A stretch of DNA of 64,000 nucleotides from NCBI GenBank assembly GCA_934182615.1, contig CAKPRO010000001.1:78197-142196 (forward strand). The letters run 5' to 3'. Made by a program: the position numbers and the translations under genes. Under the pieces are notes generated by a model, which was not told the origin of the DNA, did no database searches, and worked only from the letters and a program-made list of their open reading frames with translations. This DNA comes from an uncultured Bacilli bacterium (GTDB lineage Bacteria > Bacillota_I > Bacilli_A > RF39 > UBA660). Below are positions 42,708 through 52,845 of this stretch, piece by piece; the first letter of the stretch is position 1, and each line of letters opens with the position of its first letter.

Positions 42708-43823
42708 TTAGCAAGTTTTAATAGGTAAAACAAGTTGTACCAAAGAATCATCTTCATTACTCTTAATAACAATAGGAGAACTATCATTATTCATACATAA
42801 AACAATCTTTTCTTTATTAAAACTCTTAATAGCATCTAACATAAACTTAGAACTAAACGAAATTTCAATATTCTTATCATTTTCTACATTAATTTTTTCC
42901 TCTACTTTACCAATTTCTGGACTATTTGAAGAAATCATAAGTTCATTACCATTTAAAGATAACTTAATAGTATTCTTTTCTCTATCAGAAGTAAGTAAAC
43001 TAGCTCTATCAATCATATTATATAAATCATTAAAAGAACACTCAAGTAATATATTAAAATTCTTAGGAATAATATCACTAGTAGTAGGATAAGTACCAGA
43101 AAGTAATCTAGATAAAAATACAATATTACCATATTTAAACAAAACCTTATTACTAAATAAATGTAATTCTAAAGATTCTTCATCATTATCAAGCATTTTA
43201 GTAAGTTCTACTAAGTTCTTACCAGGAATAACAATATTAATATCACTTTCATCAACTTTATCAATAGCTACTAATTTTCTAGCAAGTCTATATGAATCAG
43301 TAGCAATAACATCTAATTCACCATTATTAATTCTAAAATTAATACCTGTAAGAAGTGGTCTAGTTTCACTTTGTGAAATAGCAAATACTGTTTGATTAAT
43401 AATATCCTTAAATACTCCATTGTTAATAACAATAGGCTCCTTAGTTTCATCTAAATCTAAATTAGGAAATTCATTAGGATTAATACCATTTAAATTAAAC
43501 TCTGTATTATCTGTACTAACAATCATCTTATATCCATCAATAACCTCAATAGATATATCTGTATTAGGAAGTTTTCTTATTATTTCAACAATATACTTAC
43601 CTCCTATTACTATACTACCTGTTTCTTCTAAACTTGTTAACTTATCTTTTGGTATAAAAGATCTAATTGAGACATCAGTATCACTTGCATATAAATATAA
43701 TCCATCATCCTTTAAATCAAACTTAATACCTGTTAATATTGGAATCAAGTTTTTAGTAGATATTGCTCTTGCTGTATTATTTAAACTTTCTAATAATATT
43801 TCTTTCTTTACGACTAATTTCAT
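42708..43823 (-). CDS. dnaN: DNA polymerase III beta sliding clamp
   Basis: 371-374 aa three-domain clamp. Start is probably the ATG at 43823 (MKLVVKKEILL), which has a GAGGA RBS. Confidence 0.95.
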   Translation of the reverse strand: MKLVVKKEILLESLNNTARAISTKNLIPILTGIKFDLKDDGLYLYASDTDVSIRSFIPKDKLTSLEETGSIVIGGKYIVEIIRKLPNTDISIEVIDGYKMIVSTDNTEFNLNGINPNEFPNLDLDETKEPIVINNGVFKDIINQTVFAISQSETRPLLTGINFRINNGELDVIATDSYRLARKLVAIDKVDESDINIVIPGKNLVELTKMLDNDEESLELHLFSNKVLFKYGNIVFLSRLLSGTYPTTSDIIPKNFNILLECSFNDLYNMIDRASLLTSDREKNTIKLSLNGNELMISSNSPEIGKVEEKINVENDKNIEISFSSKFMLDAIKSFNKEKIVLCMNNDSSPIVIKSNEDDSLVQLVLPIKTC

Positions 43824-43832
43824 TTTTATCAT

Positions 43833-43974
43833 CCTCTTTCTTTTATTATTTATTTATTATATTATTATTATTATGCTGTGGATATTGTGGAAAACTCACC
43901 TTTACCCTTGTTTTATATACTTTTACTTATCCACAATACCTGTTGATAACTTCAAACTTTTCCACTATCAACAA
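43833..43974. other. oriC part 2 (dnaA-dnaN spacer): DnaA-box cluster plus AT-rich unwinding element
   Basis: Perfect TTATCCACA at 43927-43935. Variants: ATATCCACA (43878-43886, reverse), TTTTCCACA (43887-43895, reverse), TTATCAACA (43941-43949, reverse), CTATCAACA (43965-43973). A pure A/T run at 43840-43875 lies next to the dnaN start. Confidence 0.8.
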
Positions 43975-45345
43975 CTATATTCTCTTTTTTAACTCCTCAA
44001 TTACTGTTTGTAACTGATAATTTGTCTCTAAATCTTTCTCTATTTTTTGATATGCACTTATTATTGTTGAGTGGTCTCTACCTCCAAAGTAAGTTCCCAT
44101 CTTTGGATATGACTCATTTGTCATTATTCTACACAAGTATATAGCTATTTGCCGCTGATAGTTTATATCCTTACTTCTTTTTTTACCTTTTAAATCTTCA
44201 ATATCTATCTTAAAGTACTCACAGACAATTCTCTGAATCCTATGAATATCATTTTTATATACACTACGTTCACTAATTTTATCTTTTAAAGCCTCAATAG
44301 CAATATCTAAAGTAACAACTCCATGATTCATCATTAGTGCATAAGCAAAAACCCTTGTAATTGCTCCTTCTAACTGTCTAACATCGGAATCATTAATATT
44401 AGCAATATACTCAATGACTTCAATCGGAATATCTTCCGCTGCCTCCTGATGAGATATCTTCCTTTTAATAATATCTACTCTCAGTCCAAAATCAGGTGGA
44501 GTGATATTAGCAGTAAGACCCCAATTAAACCTTGTAATAAGCCTATTTTCTAACATCTTTAAATCATCAACAGACCTGTCGGAAGCTATAATAATTTGTT
44601 TATTTGAGTCATGTAACTGATTAAAAGTATGGAAGAATTCTTCTTGTCCTTTAGTAGCGGACCCTAAAAATTGAATATCATCAATAATTAGAACATCAAT
44701 ATTCCTATACTTATTCTTAAAAGAATCAATCTTATCAAAACTATTCTTCTCATTATTTCTAACCGCCGCTATATAATCATTAACAAACTGTTCACTTGAC
44801 ACATACAAAACCTTCTTATTCGTATTTTGAATAATATAATTACCAATAGCATGCATTAAATGTGTTTTACCAAGTCCACTTTTACCATATAAAAATAAAG
44901 GATTATAAGCTTTACCAGGTTTTTCCGCCACCGCTCTAGCAGCAGTAAAAGCAAACCTATTCGAGTTACCTACAATAAAACTATCAAAAGTATATTCGCT
45001 ATTTAGATTAGCGGAAGCACTAGTTTGATGTGGAACTCCCATACTTTCATTAGAAGTACCAATAATAACCTCTTCATTATTATCACTAATTTCATTAATT
45101 TCGTTTTCTAAAATAAATTTAAAATTAAAATTTGTTCCCGTAATAGAATTAAAAGTTTCTTCAATATCATCAATATAATTTTCTTCTAAATGTTTTTTAT
45201 GTAAAGCTAAAGGAACGATAATAGTGGCAGTACCACCATCTAATTTATATAATTTAGTATCCTTAAACCAAGTATCATAAGATAAAGGAGTAATACGTTC
45301 TTTAATTTTATCAAGAAATTCATTCCATAAATTATCCGTATTCAT
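43975..45345 (-). CDS. dnaA: Chromosomal replication initiator protein DnaA
   Basis: 456 aa with an AAA+ domain (GKSGLGKTHLMHAIGN) and a C-terminal DnaA-box binding domain. Confidence 0.97.
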   Translation of the reverse strand: MNTDNLWNEFLDKIKERITPLSYDTWFKDTKLYKLDGGTATIIVPLALHKKHLEENYIDDIEETFNSITGTNFNFKFILENEINEISDNNEEVIIGTSNESMGVPHQTSASANLNSEYTFDSFIVGNSNRFAFTAARAVAEKPGKAYNPLFLYGKSGLGKTHLMHAIGNYIIQNTNKKVLYVSSEQFVNDYIAAVRNNEKNSFDKIDSFKNKYRNIDVLIIDDIQFLGSATKGQEEFFHTFNQLHDSNKQIIIASDRSVDDLKMLENRLITRFNWGLTANITPPDFGLRVDIIKRKISHQEAAEDIPIEVIEYIANINDSDVRQLEGAITRVFAYALMMNHGVVTLDIAIEALKDKISERSVYKNDIHRIQRIVCEYFKIDIEDLKGKKRSKDINYQRQIAIYLCRIMTNESYPKMGTYFGGRDHSTIISAYQKIEKDLETNYQLQTVIEELKKRI

Positions 45346-45439
45346 ATCAAAACCTCCTTAATCAAATCTGCCATTAATCTTATTATATCTCAAAAAAAAA
45401 TTTTGTCTAGATATTTTTTTTAATTAACAGGTAAAATAA

Positions 45440-45580
45440 CAAGTTATCCACAACTTATCAACAATATAATACCATATAAAATAAGACTTTAAAAGACTTT
45501 TCCACAATTTTTGTCAATTTTTGTTGTCAACAGTCAACAGCTTTACTTTTCCACAGCCCTGTGGATATTGTGGATAAATA
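45440..45580. other. oriC part 1 (upstream of dnaA): DnaA-box cluster
   Basis: TTATCCACA at 45445-45453 and 45569-45577 (reverse); TTATCAACA at 45455-45463; TTTTCCACA at 45498-45506 and 45547-45555; ATATCCACA at 45560-45568 (reverse). Confidence 0.8.
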
Positions 45581-45609
45581 AAAAAAGCCTTGATTTATAA
45601 GGCTTTATT
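45581..45609 (-). terminator. Intrinsic terminator of the HerA-like gene
   Basis: AAGCCTT-gatttat-AAGGCTT hairpin followed by a U-run on the minus strand. Confidence 0.5.
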
Positions 45610-47370
45610 CTAGTTACTTTTCCACTGTATCATCCACTTGTCAAATATTTTAGCATTTGTACTCTGTGGTTCTGGATTAGGAAGTTGCATTTTTACAATA
45701 AGTGGAATCTTCATCATCTTACCAAATGCAACACAAGTACCAGATTGAAGTGATTTTTGTTTTTCAATAACATCACTACTAATATTAGGAACCATCTTTT
45801 CAATATACTCTAAATCACTAGGATGGTTAATTTTAAATATTAAGAAATTACTACACTGTGATAAAACAGTTTCAGATAGTTCAGTAGGTCTTTGCGTAAT
45901 TAAATCAAGACATATACCAAATTTTCTACCTTCTTTAGCAATTCTTTCAAATATATTATATCCAAGAATATTAATATCATTATCCTTCTGAACATATCTA
46001 TGAGCCTCCTCTAGCATAAGATGCATTGGCATACTACCTCTAGTAGGAAGCTTTTTAGCAAAGTTAAAGATAATTCTTGCATATACTTTAACAAGAGCTT
46101 TAGCAAATCTATCATCAATATTTTCTAATACAAAATTAATAATTTGTGCTCTCTTATTATTACTCACTAATATTAAATCAGAAATAAATTCATTTACAGT
46201 AATAAACTTATCACATTCAAAATACTTTCTCATAGAACTATTAGCAATAGTATGTAATTTAACTTTTAAAGCTGTAGCTTCAGCATAAGATTTCTCATTA
46301 AGAAGAAGTCCTTCAGATATTAATGTAAAGTTAAGAGCTACTTCTAAATCGTCAATTGTAAAGAAAGTAGGTACATAATCCTCATTCCATTTAGTTTCAT
46401 TATCGACAAACTTCTTAATATATTCAGTAATAAGAATTCTTTCTACAAATTGCCCTTGACTATCAATTTCAAAACATTTTCTAAAAGTTCTAGTATAACC
46501 AACACCAGGTACTTCAACATCTAAGTTAAGTTCAGGTGTATGACAATCAGTCAAAATAGAAAATATTTGGTCTCTAATTCTAGCAGATACTTGATTAGAA
46601 TACATAACTGATACAATAGCGGATGCAATTAAATGGTTTTTATATCTATTAGATTCCTCATCATTTTTAGCAAATAAAGAAACATAAGCAAGCATCTTTT
46701 CAATAATCATAATTTGTGAATAATCAGTTACATCAAGTATATTAGCATAATCATCAACAGAAAGTAACCATAAAGGTAATTTAAGAATATTAACTCCCTT
46801 ATCAGTATCAGTGCTAAACATCTTGTAATTAAAATTATAATTATAACTAGAAATACTACTAAAAGCACTATCATATTCATCAGTATTATTAAATATAAAA
46901 ATAATACTATTAAAAGGAATATAATTAGGCATAGTAAATAAATTTTGTACTAATCTAGCAACACCATAAGTTTTACCAGAACCAGTATTACCAAAAATAG
47001 CACTATGATTGCTCCACATATCATCAATATTAATTTTAATAGGGCTATCGTTATACAAAGGAGAAAGTCCTAGCATCATTGCAGTATTGTCATTATACCC
47101 AGTAAGTTCTGCTAATTCATCAGCATTAATAATTCTAATTTTAGAATTAATACTAGGTTTTCTAATAATACCATCATAAAATTTGCTTCCATGAAATTCT
47201 CCTAAAAAACTAATTTTAGCCTCTCCGTTCATAATTTCTTCTACTTCACCTAATATTTTTTTATTATTTTCTTCAAAAACAACATTTAAGTTAAGTAAAT
47301 CATCAGTAATAACATTATCAATTTTAACAATAGCATAATTTTTACTGATAGCAATAATTTCTTTAAACAT
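45610..47370 (-). CDS. HerA/FtsK-like (DUF87) P-loop ATPase with N-terminal HAS-barrel-like region, solitary
   Basis: Walker A AIFGNTGSGKTYG, Walker B LMLEEAH, and the GICLDLITQRP arginine-finger segment typical of HerA-type ATPases. Start assigned to the ATG at 47370, which has an AAGAAGGG RBS. Confidence 0.7.
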   Translation of the reverse strand: MFKEIIAISKNYAIVKIDNVITDDLLNLNVVFEENNKKILGEVEEIMNGEAKISFLGEFHGSKFYDGIIRKPSINSKIRIINADELAELTGYNDNTAMMLGLSPLYNDSPIKINIDDMWSNHSAIFGNTGSGKTYGVARLVQNLFTMPNYIPFNSIIFIFNNTDEYDSAFSSISSYNYNFNYKMFSTDTDKGVNILKLPLWLLSVDDYANILDVTDYSQIMIIEKMLAYVSLFAKNDEESNRYKNHLIASAIVSVMYSNQVSARIRDQIFSILTDCHTPELNLDVEVPGVGYTRTFRKCFEIDSQGQFVERILITEYIKKFVDNETKWNEDYVPTFFTIDDLEVALNFTLISEGLLLNEKSYAEATALKVKLHTIANSSMRKYFECDKFITVNEFISDLILVSNNKRAQIINFVLENIDDRFAKALVKVYARIIFNFAKKLPTRGSMPMHLMLEEAHRYVQKDNDINILGYNIFERIAKEGRKFGICLDLITQRPTELSETVLSQCSNFLIFKINHPSDLEYIEKMVPNISSDVIEKQKSLQSGTCVAFGKMMKIPLIVKMQLPNPEPQSTNAKIFDKWMIQWKSN

Positions 47371-47451
47371 AATCGCCCTTCTTTCTATTCTAAGTAAATT
47401 ATACCAAATAAATATCAAAAAATAAATAACTTTTTAATAATTTTTTAGAGT

Positions 47452-47495
47452 AGTTCGCACTTTGTTGCTCACTATTTTTAAAGCCTAGGGTCTTT
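47452..47495 (+). repeat. REP-like element (copy d) in the ltaS-like 5' region
   Basis: AGTTCGCAC...GCTCACTAT...TTTTAAAG-CCTAGGGT-CTTTAAAA. Confidence 0.55.
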
Positions 47496-47596
47496 AAAAA
47501 ATAATTTTAAGCCAAAATTGTCTTAAAATTAATATTTTTCTTCAATTATTTACAAAATATTAAATATATAGTATAATTTCATTAGTGGTGATTTTT

Positions 47597-49570
47597 GTGA
47601 AAAAAGAAGTAAAACAAAAAAAGAATAAAAAAAATATAAATAAAAAAACAAAATATGAAGAAATAAAAAATAAAGTTAAAGATTTTATTTTAAAATATTA
47701 TTATATATTAATTATATCATTACCTTTTATATTAATCGATATAATAACTAAAATATTGGGATACAAAATACATTTCTATGGAATATTTAGATTAGTACCA
47801 TGTTTATTTACTCTCACATATATAATCCTAATGGTTGGAATATCCCTATTCTTAGAAAAAAAGAAAGGTAAGATAGTATATACAATCTTTTTTATATTAG
47901 CCTTTGCTTTATTTATAACTAACAATATCTACTATTCAATGACTAACACATTCTTTGATTTTAGTTTAATTATGTTAGCAGGAGAAGGCTCAGACTACTT
48001 TATGGATGCTATTTTAAATTGTAATATTTGGGTATATATATCAAGTGTAATAATAATAATATCTTATATATTTGGATTAAAACAATTTAAAGAAAGAAAG
48101 AAAACAGACTTAAAAAAAATAATAAAAGTATTTTTCTTATTTTTAATTCTTCATTTAATAACTCCATTATTCTTAGGAAAACCAAATGATACCTTAACAT
48201 GGAGTACATGGAGAAATCCAAGAAATATATATATAAATTTCAATGATAACAATAAAAGTATGATGGTATCAGGAATATATGAATATAGTATTAGAAATTT
48301 CTATATAACATTTATTAAAGCTAAAAAAACAGATAATGAAGAAGATATAACTTTTCTTGAAGAAGAATATAATAAAGAAGAAGAAAATTATCAAACAAGT
48401 TATACTGGAAAATTTAAAGATAAAAATGTAATCTTTCTTCAATTAGAGGGAACCGATAACTGGTTAATAACAAAAGAAGATACACCAACTCTATATAATA
48501 TGATGAATAATTCTATTAACTTTACTAATCATTATTCATATTATAATGGCGGTGGATCAACCTTCAATTCAGAGTTTGCAGTAAATACAGGATTTATAAC
48601 ACCTCTATCATATACCCAAAACGCTTATTCATTTAATAAAAATTCATTCCCATATTCATTAGCAAAATTATTAAAAAATAAAAATTATAGTGTTAATGCC
48701 TTCCATATGAATGATGGAGAATATTATTCAAGAGCAACAAATTATAAAAATTGGGGTTATGATAACTATTATGGTTTAAAAGAACTAGGAACATATAAAG
48801 ATGATGCCTATACATTAGATAGAGAATTAATATTAAATGAAACATTTAAAGAAAAAATGTTTAGTGAAGAAAAATTTGCCGATTATATAATAACTTACTC
48901 AGGACACTTACCATTTACTACAGAAAAAGGTGTATGTAAAAAATTAGTAACTGAAGATATATTAAAAGAACAAGGATTAGAAGAACTTCCATCAGATTAT
49001 ATTCTACCTACTATGAGTGAAGAAGATTGTGCTAGAAGACAAGCTAAAGAAACAGATTATATGGTTGAACTTCTAATAAATACACTAACTGAGAAGAATT
49101 TAATAGACAATACAGTAATAGTAGTATTCACTGATCATTATCTATATACCTTATCAGATCAAACAATATTAGATAAATATAAAGATACAAGTAATAATTT
49201 AATAAATCATACTCCATTCTTTATATGGGACAATGGAAATACTAAAAAGAAAGTAACATCTGTAACATCACAATTAAATATATTACCTACTATAATAAAT
49301 CTATTAGGTTTAGAATATCATCCTAATTACTATATAGGAAAAGATGCTTTAAATGGTAGTTACAATGGCATAGTCTTCTTTAGTGATTATTCATGGTATG
49401 ATGGAAATGTATATGTTGATGGCGGAGCAGTAACCAATAACAAATACATAGACCAAGTATCATTAGAAGATAAAAATTATTATATAAACTACATTATAAG
49501 AAAAAACGATTTAACATTAAAATATAATTATTTCAAAAAGATATCTACTTCAAAAGATAAAGAAGTATAA
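47597..49570 (+). CDS. ltaS: LTA synthase family protein (LtaS-like sulfatase-fold, polytopic N-terminus)
   Basis: Five N-terminal TM helices plus an extracellular sulfatase-like domain (YNGGGSTFNSEF). Start assigned to GTG 47597, which has an AGTGGTGAT RBS. Same start sequence GTGAAAAAAGAAGTA as the 5257 gene. Confidence 0.75.
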   Translation: MKKEVKQKKNKKNINKKTKYEEIKNKVKDFILKYYYILIISLPFILIDIITKILGYKIHFYGIFRLVPCLFTLTYIILMVGISLFLEKKKGKIVYTIFFILAFALFITNNIYYSMTNTFFDFSLIMLAGEGSDYFMDAILNCNIWVYISSVIIIISYIFGLKQFKERKKTDLKKIIKVFFLFLILHLITPLFLGKPNDTLTWSTWRNPRNIYINFNDNNKSMMVSGIYEYSIRNFYITFIKAKKTDNEEDITFLEEEYNKEEENYQTSYTGKFKDKNVIFLQLEGTDNWLITKEDTPTLYNMMNNSINFTNHYSYYNGGGSTFNSEFAVNTGFITPLSYTQNAYSFNKNSFPYSLAKLLKNKNYSVNAFHMNDGEYYSRATNYKNWGYDNYYGLKELGTYKDDAYTLDRELILNETFKEKMFSEEKFADYIITYSGHLPFTTEKGVCKKLVTEDILKEQGLEELPSDYILPTMSEEDCARRQAKETDYMVELLINTLTEKNLIDNTVIVVFTDHYLYTLSDQTILDKYKDTSNNLINHTPFFIWDNGNTKKKVTSVTSQLNILPTIINLLGLEYHPNYYIGKDALNGSYNGIVFFSDYSWYDGNVYVDGGAVTNNKYIDQVSLEDKNYYINYIIRKNDLTLKYNYFKKISTSKDKEV

Positions 49571-49605
49571 AAAAAGCTCACTTTAATTTAGTGAACTTTT
49601 TCTTT
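49571..49605. terminator. Bidirectional terminator between the convergent ltaS-like and GT2 genes
   Basis: AAAAAGCTCACT-ttaattt-AGTGAACTTTTT hairpin. Confidence 0.45.
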
Positions 49606-51111
49606 TACATTAGTATCAATATCATCAATAGTAACTTTACTATCATGTGGTATAGGTTTCCATGTAACTTTCATAAATAATGCTGCATAAGTAGTATATC
49701 TACCAATAATATCAAATATTGGCCAAGTAATAGTATATAATACTTTTTTCTTAAAAGTCATCTTTTTAATATTTTTTCTTTCAATAATAAATACATAAAC
49801 AGCTACCCACATGTTCTGTATATACATACCCATTCGATAGAATAATCTAAGCCAAATAGCAGTAATCATTCCAATAAATAAAGCATTAATACCAGGCTCT
49901 ACAGAAATCTTAATTGAAAATAAATTTCTAAGACCTTTAGCCAAATAAGTACCACCACTAAGTAAATCAATATTATTAATACCATTGTTGTAGTAGTAGC
50001 AACTTCCCATAATAAGAATAACAATAATCCATTTAGCTAAATTAAATACTGAAAAAGGTGTTAATTGAAGTAAAGTATCATAAGAAGCAAATCTATGTCT
50101 AATAGATTCAATAATACTAAGAATAATATCTTTAAAAGATTTATTATTTTTCTTAGTATTTTCTCTCCACTTAGTTTTAATAAATAATTTACCAAAGAAA
50201 ATATTTAAAAATAAATAAGGACCACTTTCACAGAAGGCAAGTAAATGACCTTTTGACCATCTAAGTCTTTGTCTTAATGCAATCTTTAAGCTAGTAGGTT
50301 GCTCATCATAAAACATAGCCTCATCATTATAAGTAATCTGATATCCCTGTGCAACAGCATCTGCTGTAAGTGCTCTATCCTCAGTAAGAGAAGTATATTT
50401 CCAGCCATCCTTTACTATCTCACTAGCAAATAAGAAACCAGTACCCTGTATATTAGTAGCTAGTCTAAGAACAGACCTAGCTCTATGATTACATCTTATC
50501 GATCTAATCCAGTGAATAGCATAAGTAGAAGCAATCCAGTTTTCATCAAAATTCTTCGTATTACGATAAGAAGTAATAATTTTTTCACCAGAATCAAAGG
50601 CATCATTCATCTTAGAAATATAATTTCCATTAAGAAGATTATCAGCATCAAAGATAAAGTATCCCTCAAAACTCATTCTACCATAATCTTCACCTATTTT
50701 TTCTAATAAATATTGAAGAGCAAATCCTTTAGTTTTATGTTCATTATCAAATCTTTCGTAGCAGATAGCTCCATGCTTTCTAGCAATATCAGCAGTATTA
50801 TCAGTACAATTATCCGCTACTACAAAAGTAGTAATAAGTTCTTTTGGATAATCTTGTTTATTAATACTATCAAGTAAGTTACCAATGACATTTTTTTCAT
50901 TTCTTGCTGCTATCAATATAGCATATTTATGTTTATTTTTAGCAGGTTTAAACTTCCTAGTAAAGAAAACACCAATTAACCAATATAAAGTTTTATAAGC
51001 CATCATAATAACAAGAATTTTACCAATAATATTGTATACATTTTTCCAAGCAAGATAAGAATCTCCTATTGAATTAATAATATTAAAAAAATACATCACA
51101 TACAACCTCAC
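49588..51111 (-). CDS. Processive family-2 glycosyltransferase (membrane; PgaC/IcaA/cellulose-synthase-like)
   Basis: GT-A fold with DAD (FIFDADNLL) and QRLRWSKG (QxxRW) motifs, plus C-terminal TM helices; 507 aa. Confidence 0.7.
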   Translation of the reverse strand: MRLYVMYFFNIINSIGDSYLAWKNVYNIIGKILVIMMAYKTLYWLIGVFFTRKFKPAKNKHKYAILIAARNEKNVIGNLLDSINKQDYPKELITTFVVADNCTDNTADIARKHGAICYERFDNEHKTKGFALQYLLEKIGEDYGRMSFEGYFIFDADNLLNGNYISKMNDAFDSGEKIITSYRNTKNFDENWIASTYAIHWIRSIRCNHRARSVLRLATNIQGTGFLFASEIVKDGWKYTSLTEDRALTADAVAQGYQITYNDEAMFYDEQPTSLKIALRQRLRWSKGHLLAFCESGPYLFLNIFFGKLFIKTKWRENTKKNNKSFKDIILSIIESIRHRFASYDTLLQLTPFSVFNLAKWIIVILIMGSCYYYNNGINNIDLLSGGTYLAKGLRNLFSIKISVEPGINALFIGMITAIWLRLFYRMGMYIQNMWVAVYVFIIERKNIKKMTFKKKVLYTITWPIFDIIGRYTTYAALFMKVTWKPIPHDSKVTIDDIDTNVKEKVH

Positions 51112-51220
51112 TTCAGAAATATTGTATCATACATTGACATTTAATACAATAAAAAAACTCCCTAATAAAAAATGTTTGAATAATTATGTTAAATATGATA
51201 TTATATAACCGGTGATAATT

Positions 51221-52363
51221 ATGCATGTAATAGGAGTAATAGCGGAATATAATCCTTTTCACAAAGGACATTTATATCAAATAAATAAAATAAAAGAAAA
51301 ATATCCCAATAGTCTTTTAGTAGTGGTTACTTCTTCTTCTTTTACACAAAGAGGAGATATCTCACTACTAAATAAATGGGATAAAACAAAAATAGCTTTA
51401 GATAATAATGTCGATTTAGTCGTAGAGTTACCATTTGTCTATTCAACTCAGTCTTCTGATCTTTTTGCAGAAGGTGCAATTAGTATTCTAAATGCCTTAA
51501 AAATAGATACTCTTGTTTTTGGTACAGAAAGAGATAATATTAGCGACTTAGAACTCCTAGCAGATATTCAAATAAATAATATAGAGTATCAAGACAAAGT
51601 AAAAGAATATCTAAGTCAAGGATTAAACTATGCAACATCTACTAATAAAGCCCTTGAAGATTTAACTAATATAAAAGTAGATACTCCTAATGACTTATTA
51701 GCTTTGTCTTATATAAAACAAATAAAAAAACATAACTACCCAATAAAATATATAAATATAAAAAGAACAACATCATATCACGGTTCAGAAGTATTAGATA
51801 ACATAACATCAGCATCAAATATCAGAAAACTATATCTATCAGATAATACCATAGATAATCTAATACCATTTGATAAAAAATATCTTTATAAAATAGATAT
51901 GAATAAGTATTATGACATACTAAAATACAAAATATTAGCAGAAGATACAAGTATCAGCAAATATCAAACAGTAGATGAAGGCATTGAATCAAGAATAATA
52001 AAAAGTATTTATATATCAAATAACTATGAAAAATTAATTCAAAATATTAAAACCAAAAGATATACTTATAATAAAATATCTAGAATGCTTCTTCATATAC
52101 TCGTAGGCTTTACCAAAGAAGATGCTAGTAATATATCTATAGATTACATAAGAATATTAGGCTTTAATAAAAGAGGTCAAGAATATTTAAACAAAATAAA
52201 AAAAGAATTATCAATACCTTTAGTTATAGGATATAAAAAAAATATATCTAAAGTATTAGATATAGAATTAAAGGCTACAAAAATATATGCCTTAGTTACA
52301 GATGTGTCTCTTATTAAAAGAGAATATCAAATAAAACCAATAATTAAAGAAAATAATGACTAA
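51221..52363 (+). CDS. tmcAL: tRNA(Met) cytidine acetate ligase (TmcAL/YlbM nucleotidyltransferase family)
   Basis: GVIAEYNPFHKGHLYQ HIGH-like motif. Start assigned to the ATG at 51221, which has a GGTGAT RBS. Confidence 0.8.
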   Translation: MHVIGVIAEYNPFHKGHLYQINKIKEKYPNSLLVVVTSSSFTQRGDISLLNKWDKTKIALDNNVDLVVELPFVYSTQSSDLFAEGAISILNALKIDTLVFGTERDNISDLELLADIQINNIEYQDKVKEYLSQGLNYATSTNKALEDLTNIKVDTPNDLLALSYIKQIKKHNYPIKYINIKRTTSYHGSEVLDNITSASNIRKLYLSDNTIDNLIPFDKKYLYKIDMNKYYDILKYKILAEDTSISKYQTVDEGIESRIIKSIYISNNYEKLIQNIKTKRYTYNKISRMLLHILVGFTKEDASNISIDYIRILGFNKRGQEYLNKIKKELSIPLVIGYKKNISKVLDIELKATKIYALVTDVSLIKREYQIKPIIKENND

Positions 52364-52763
52364 AAATGTCTTTTATTTTCCCACTAAATAGAGATTCAAT
52401 AATCTCTTTTTTTTCATCTTTATCCTTAGATAAAAGCAAACTAGCCGTTAAAGTAATCTTTTCATTATTACCATTCTTATATTTATCATATTCTTCCCTT
52501 ACATTAATATATTTAGCATCCTCATCACTGTCAATATCATTCATAGTAAATATATAAGCCTTAAATCTATTACTATTCTTATTATCATAAATATTAAGAA
52601 TAATATTGTCTCCTAATATTTTATATTGAATATAGACATACTCTTCCTTTTTAATATCAAAATCATAACCAAAAATATCATTTACAAAGTCATTAAGTAA
52701 CCCCTCATTCATTACATCAATTAAAGATAATCTAAATATTTCGTCATTCATAAAATTCACCAC
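52344..52763 (-). CDS. Hypothetical protein (139 aa, acidic, no recognised domain)
   Basis: ORF with a plausible start; overlaps the tmcAL 3' end convergently by 20 nt. Confidence 0.3.
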   Translation of the reverse strand: MVNFMNDEIFRLSLIDVMNEGLLNDFVNDIFGYDFDIKKEEYVYIQYKILGDNIILNIYDNKNSNRFKAYIFTMNDIDSDEDAKYINVREEYDKYKNGNNEKITLTASLLLSKDKDEKKEIIESLFSGKIKDIFSHYFL

Positions 52764-52807
52764 TTTTAAATTACCATATAGATAATAGTAAAGTCAATAA
52801 AAAAAAT

Positions 52808-52845
52808 AAAATGTAACCAAATGGGTTACATTTTTAGTGTCAAAT
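52808..52845. terminator. Bidirectional hairpin terminator downstream of mutM
   Basis: ATGTAACC-aaatg-GGTTACAT with flanking T/A runs. Confidence 0.45.

Noticed and set aside
47419-47596. A defence-system partner (NurA, Sir2 or nuclease) next to the HerA-like gene
   Set aside because: No ORF of sufficient length on either side. The neighbours are oriC/dnaA and an LtaS-like gene, so the ATPase is solitary in this window.
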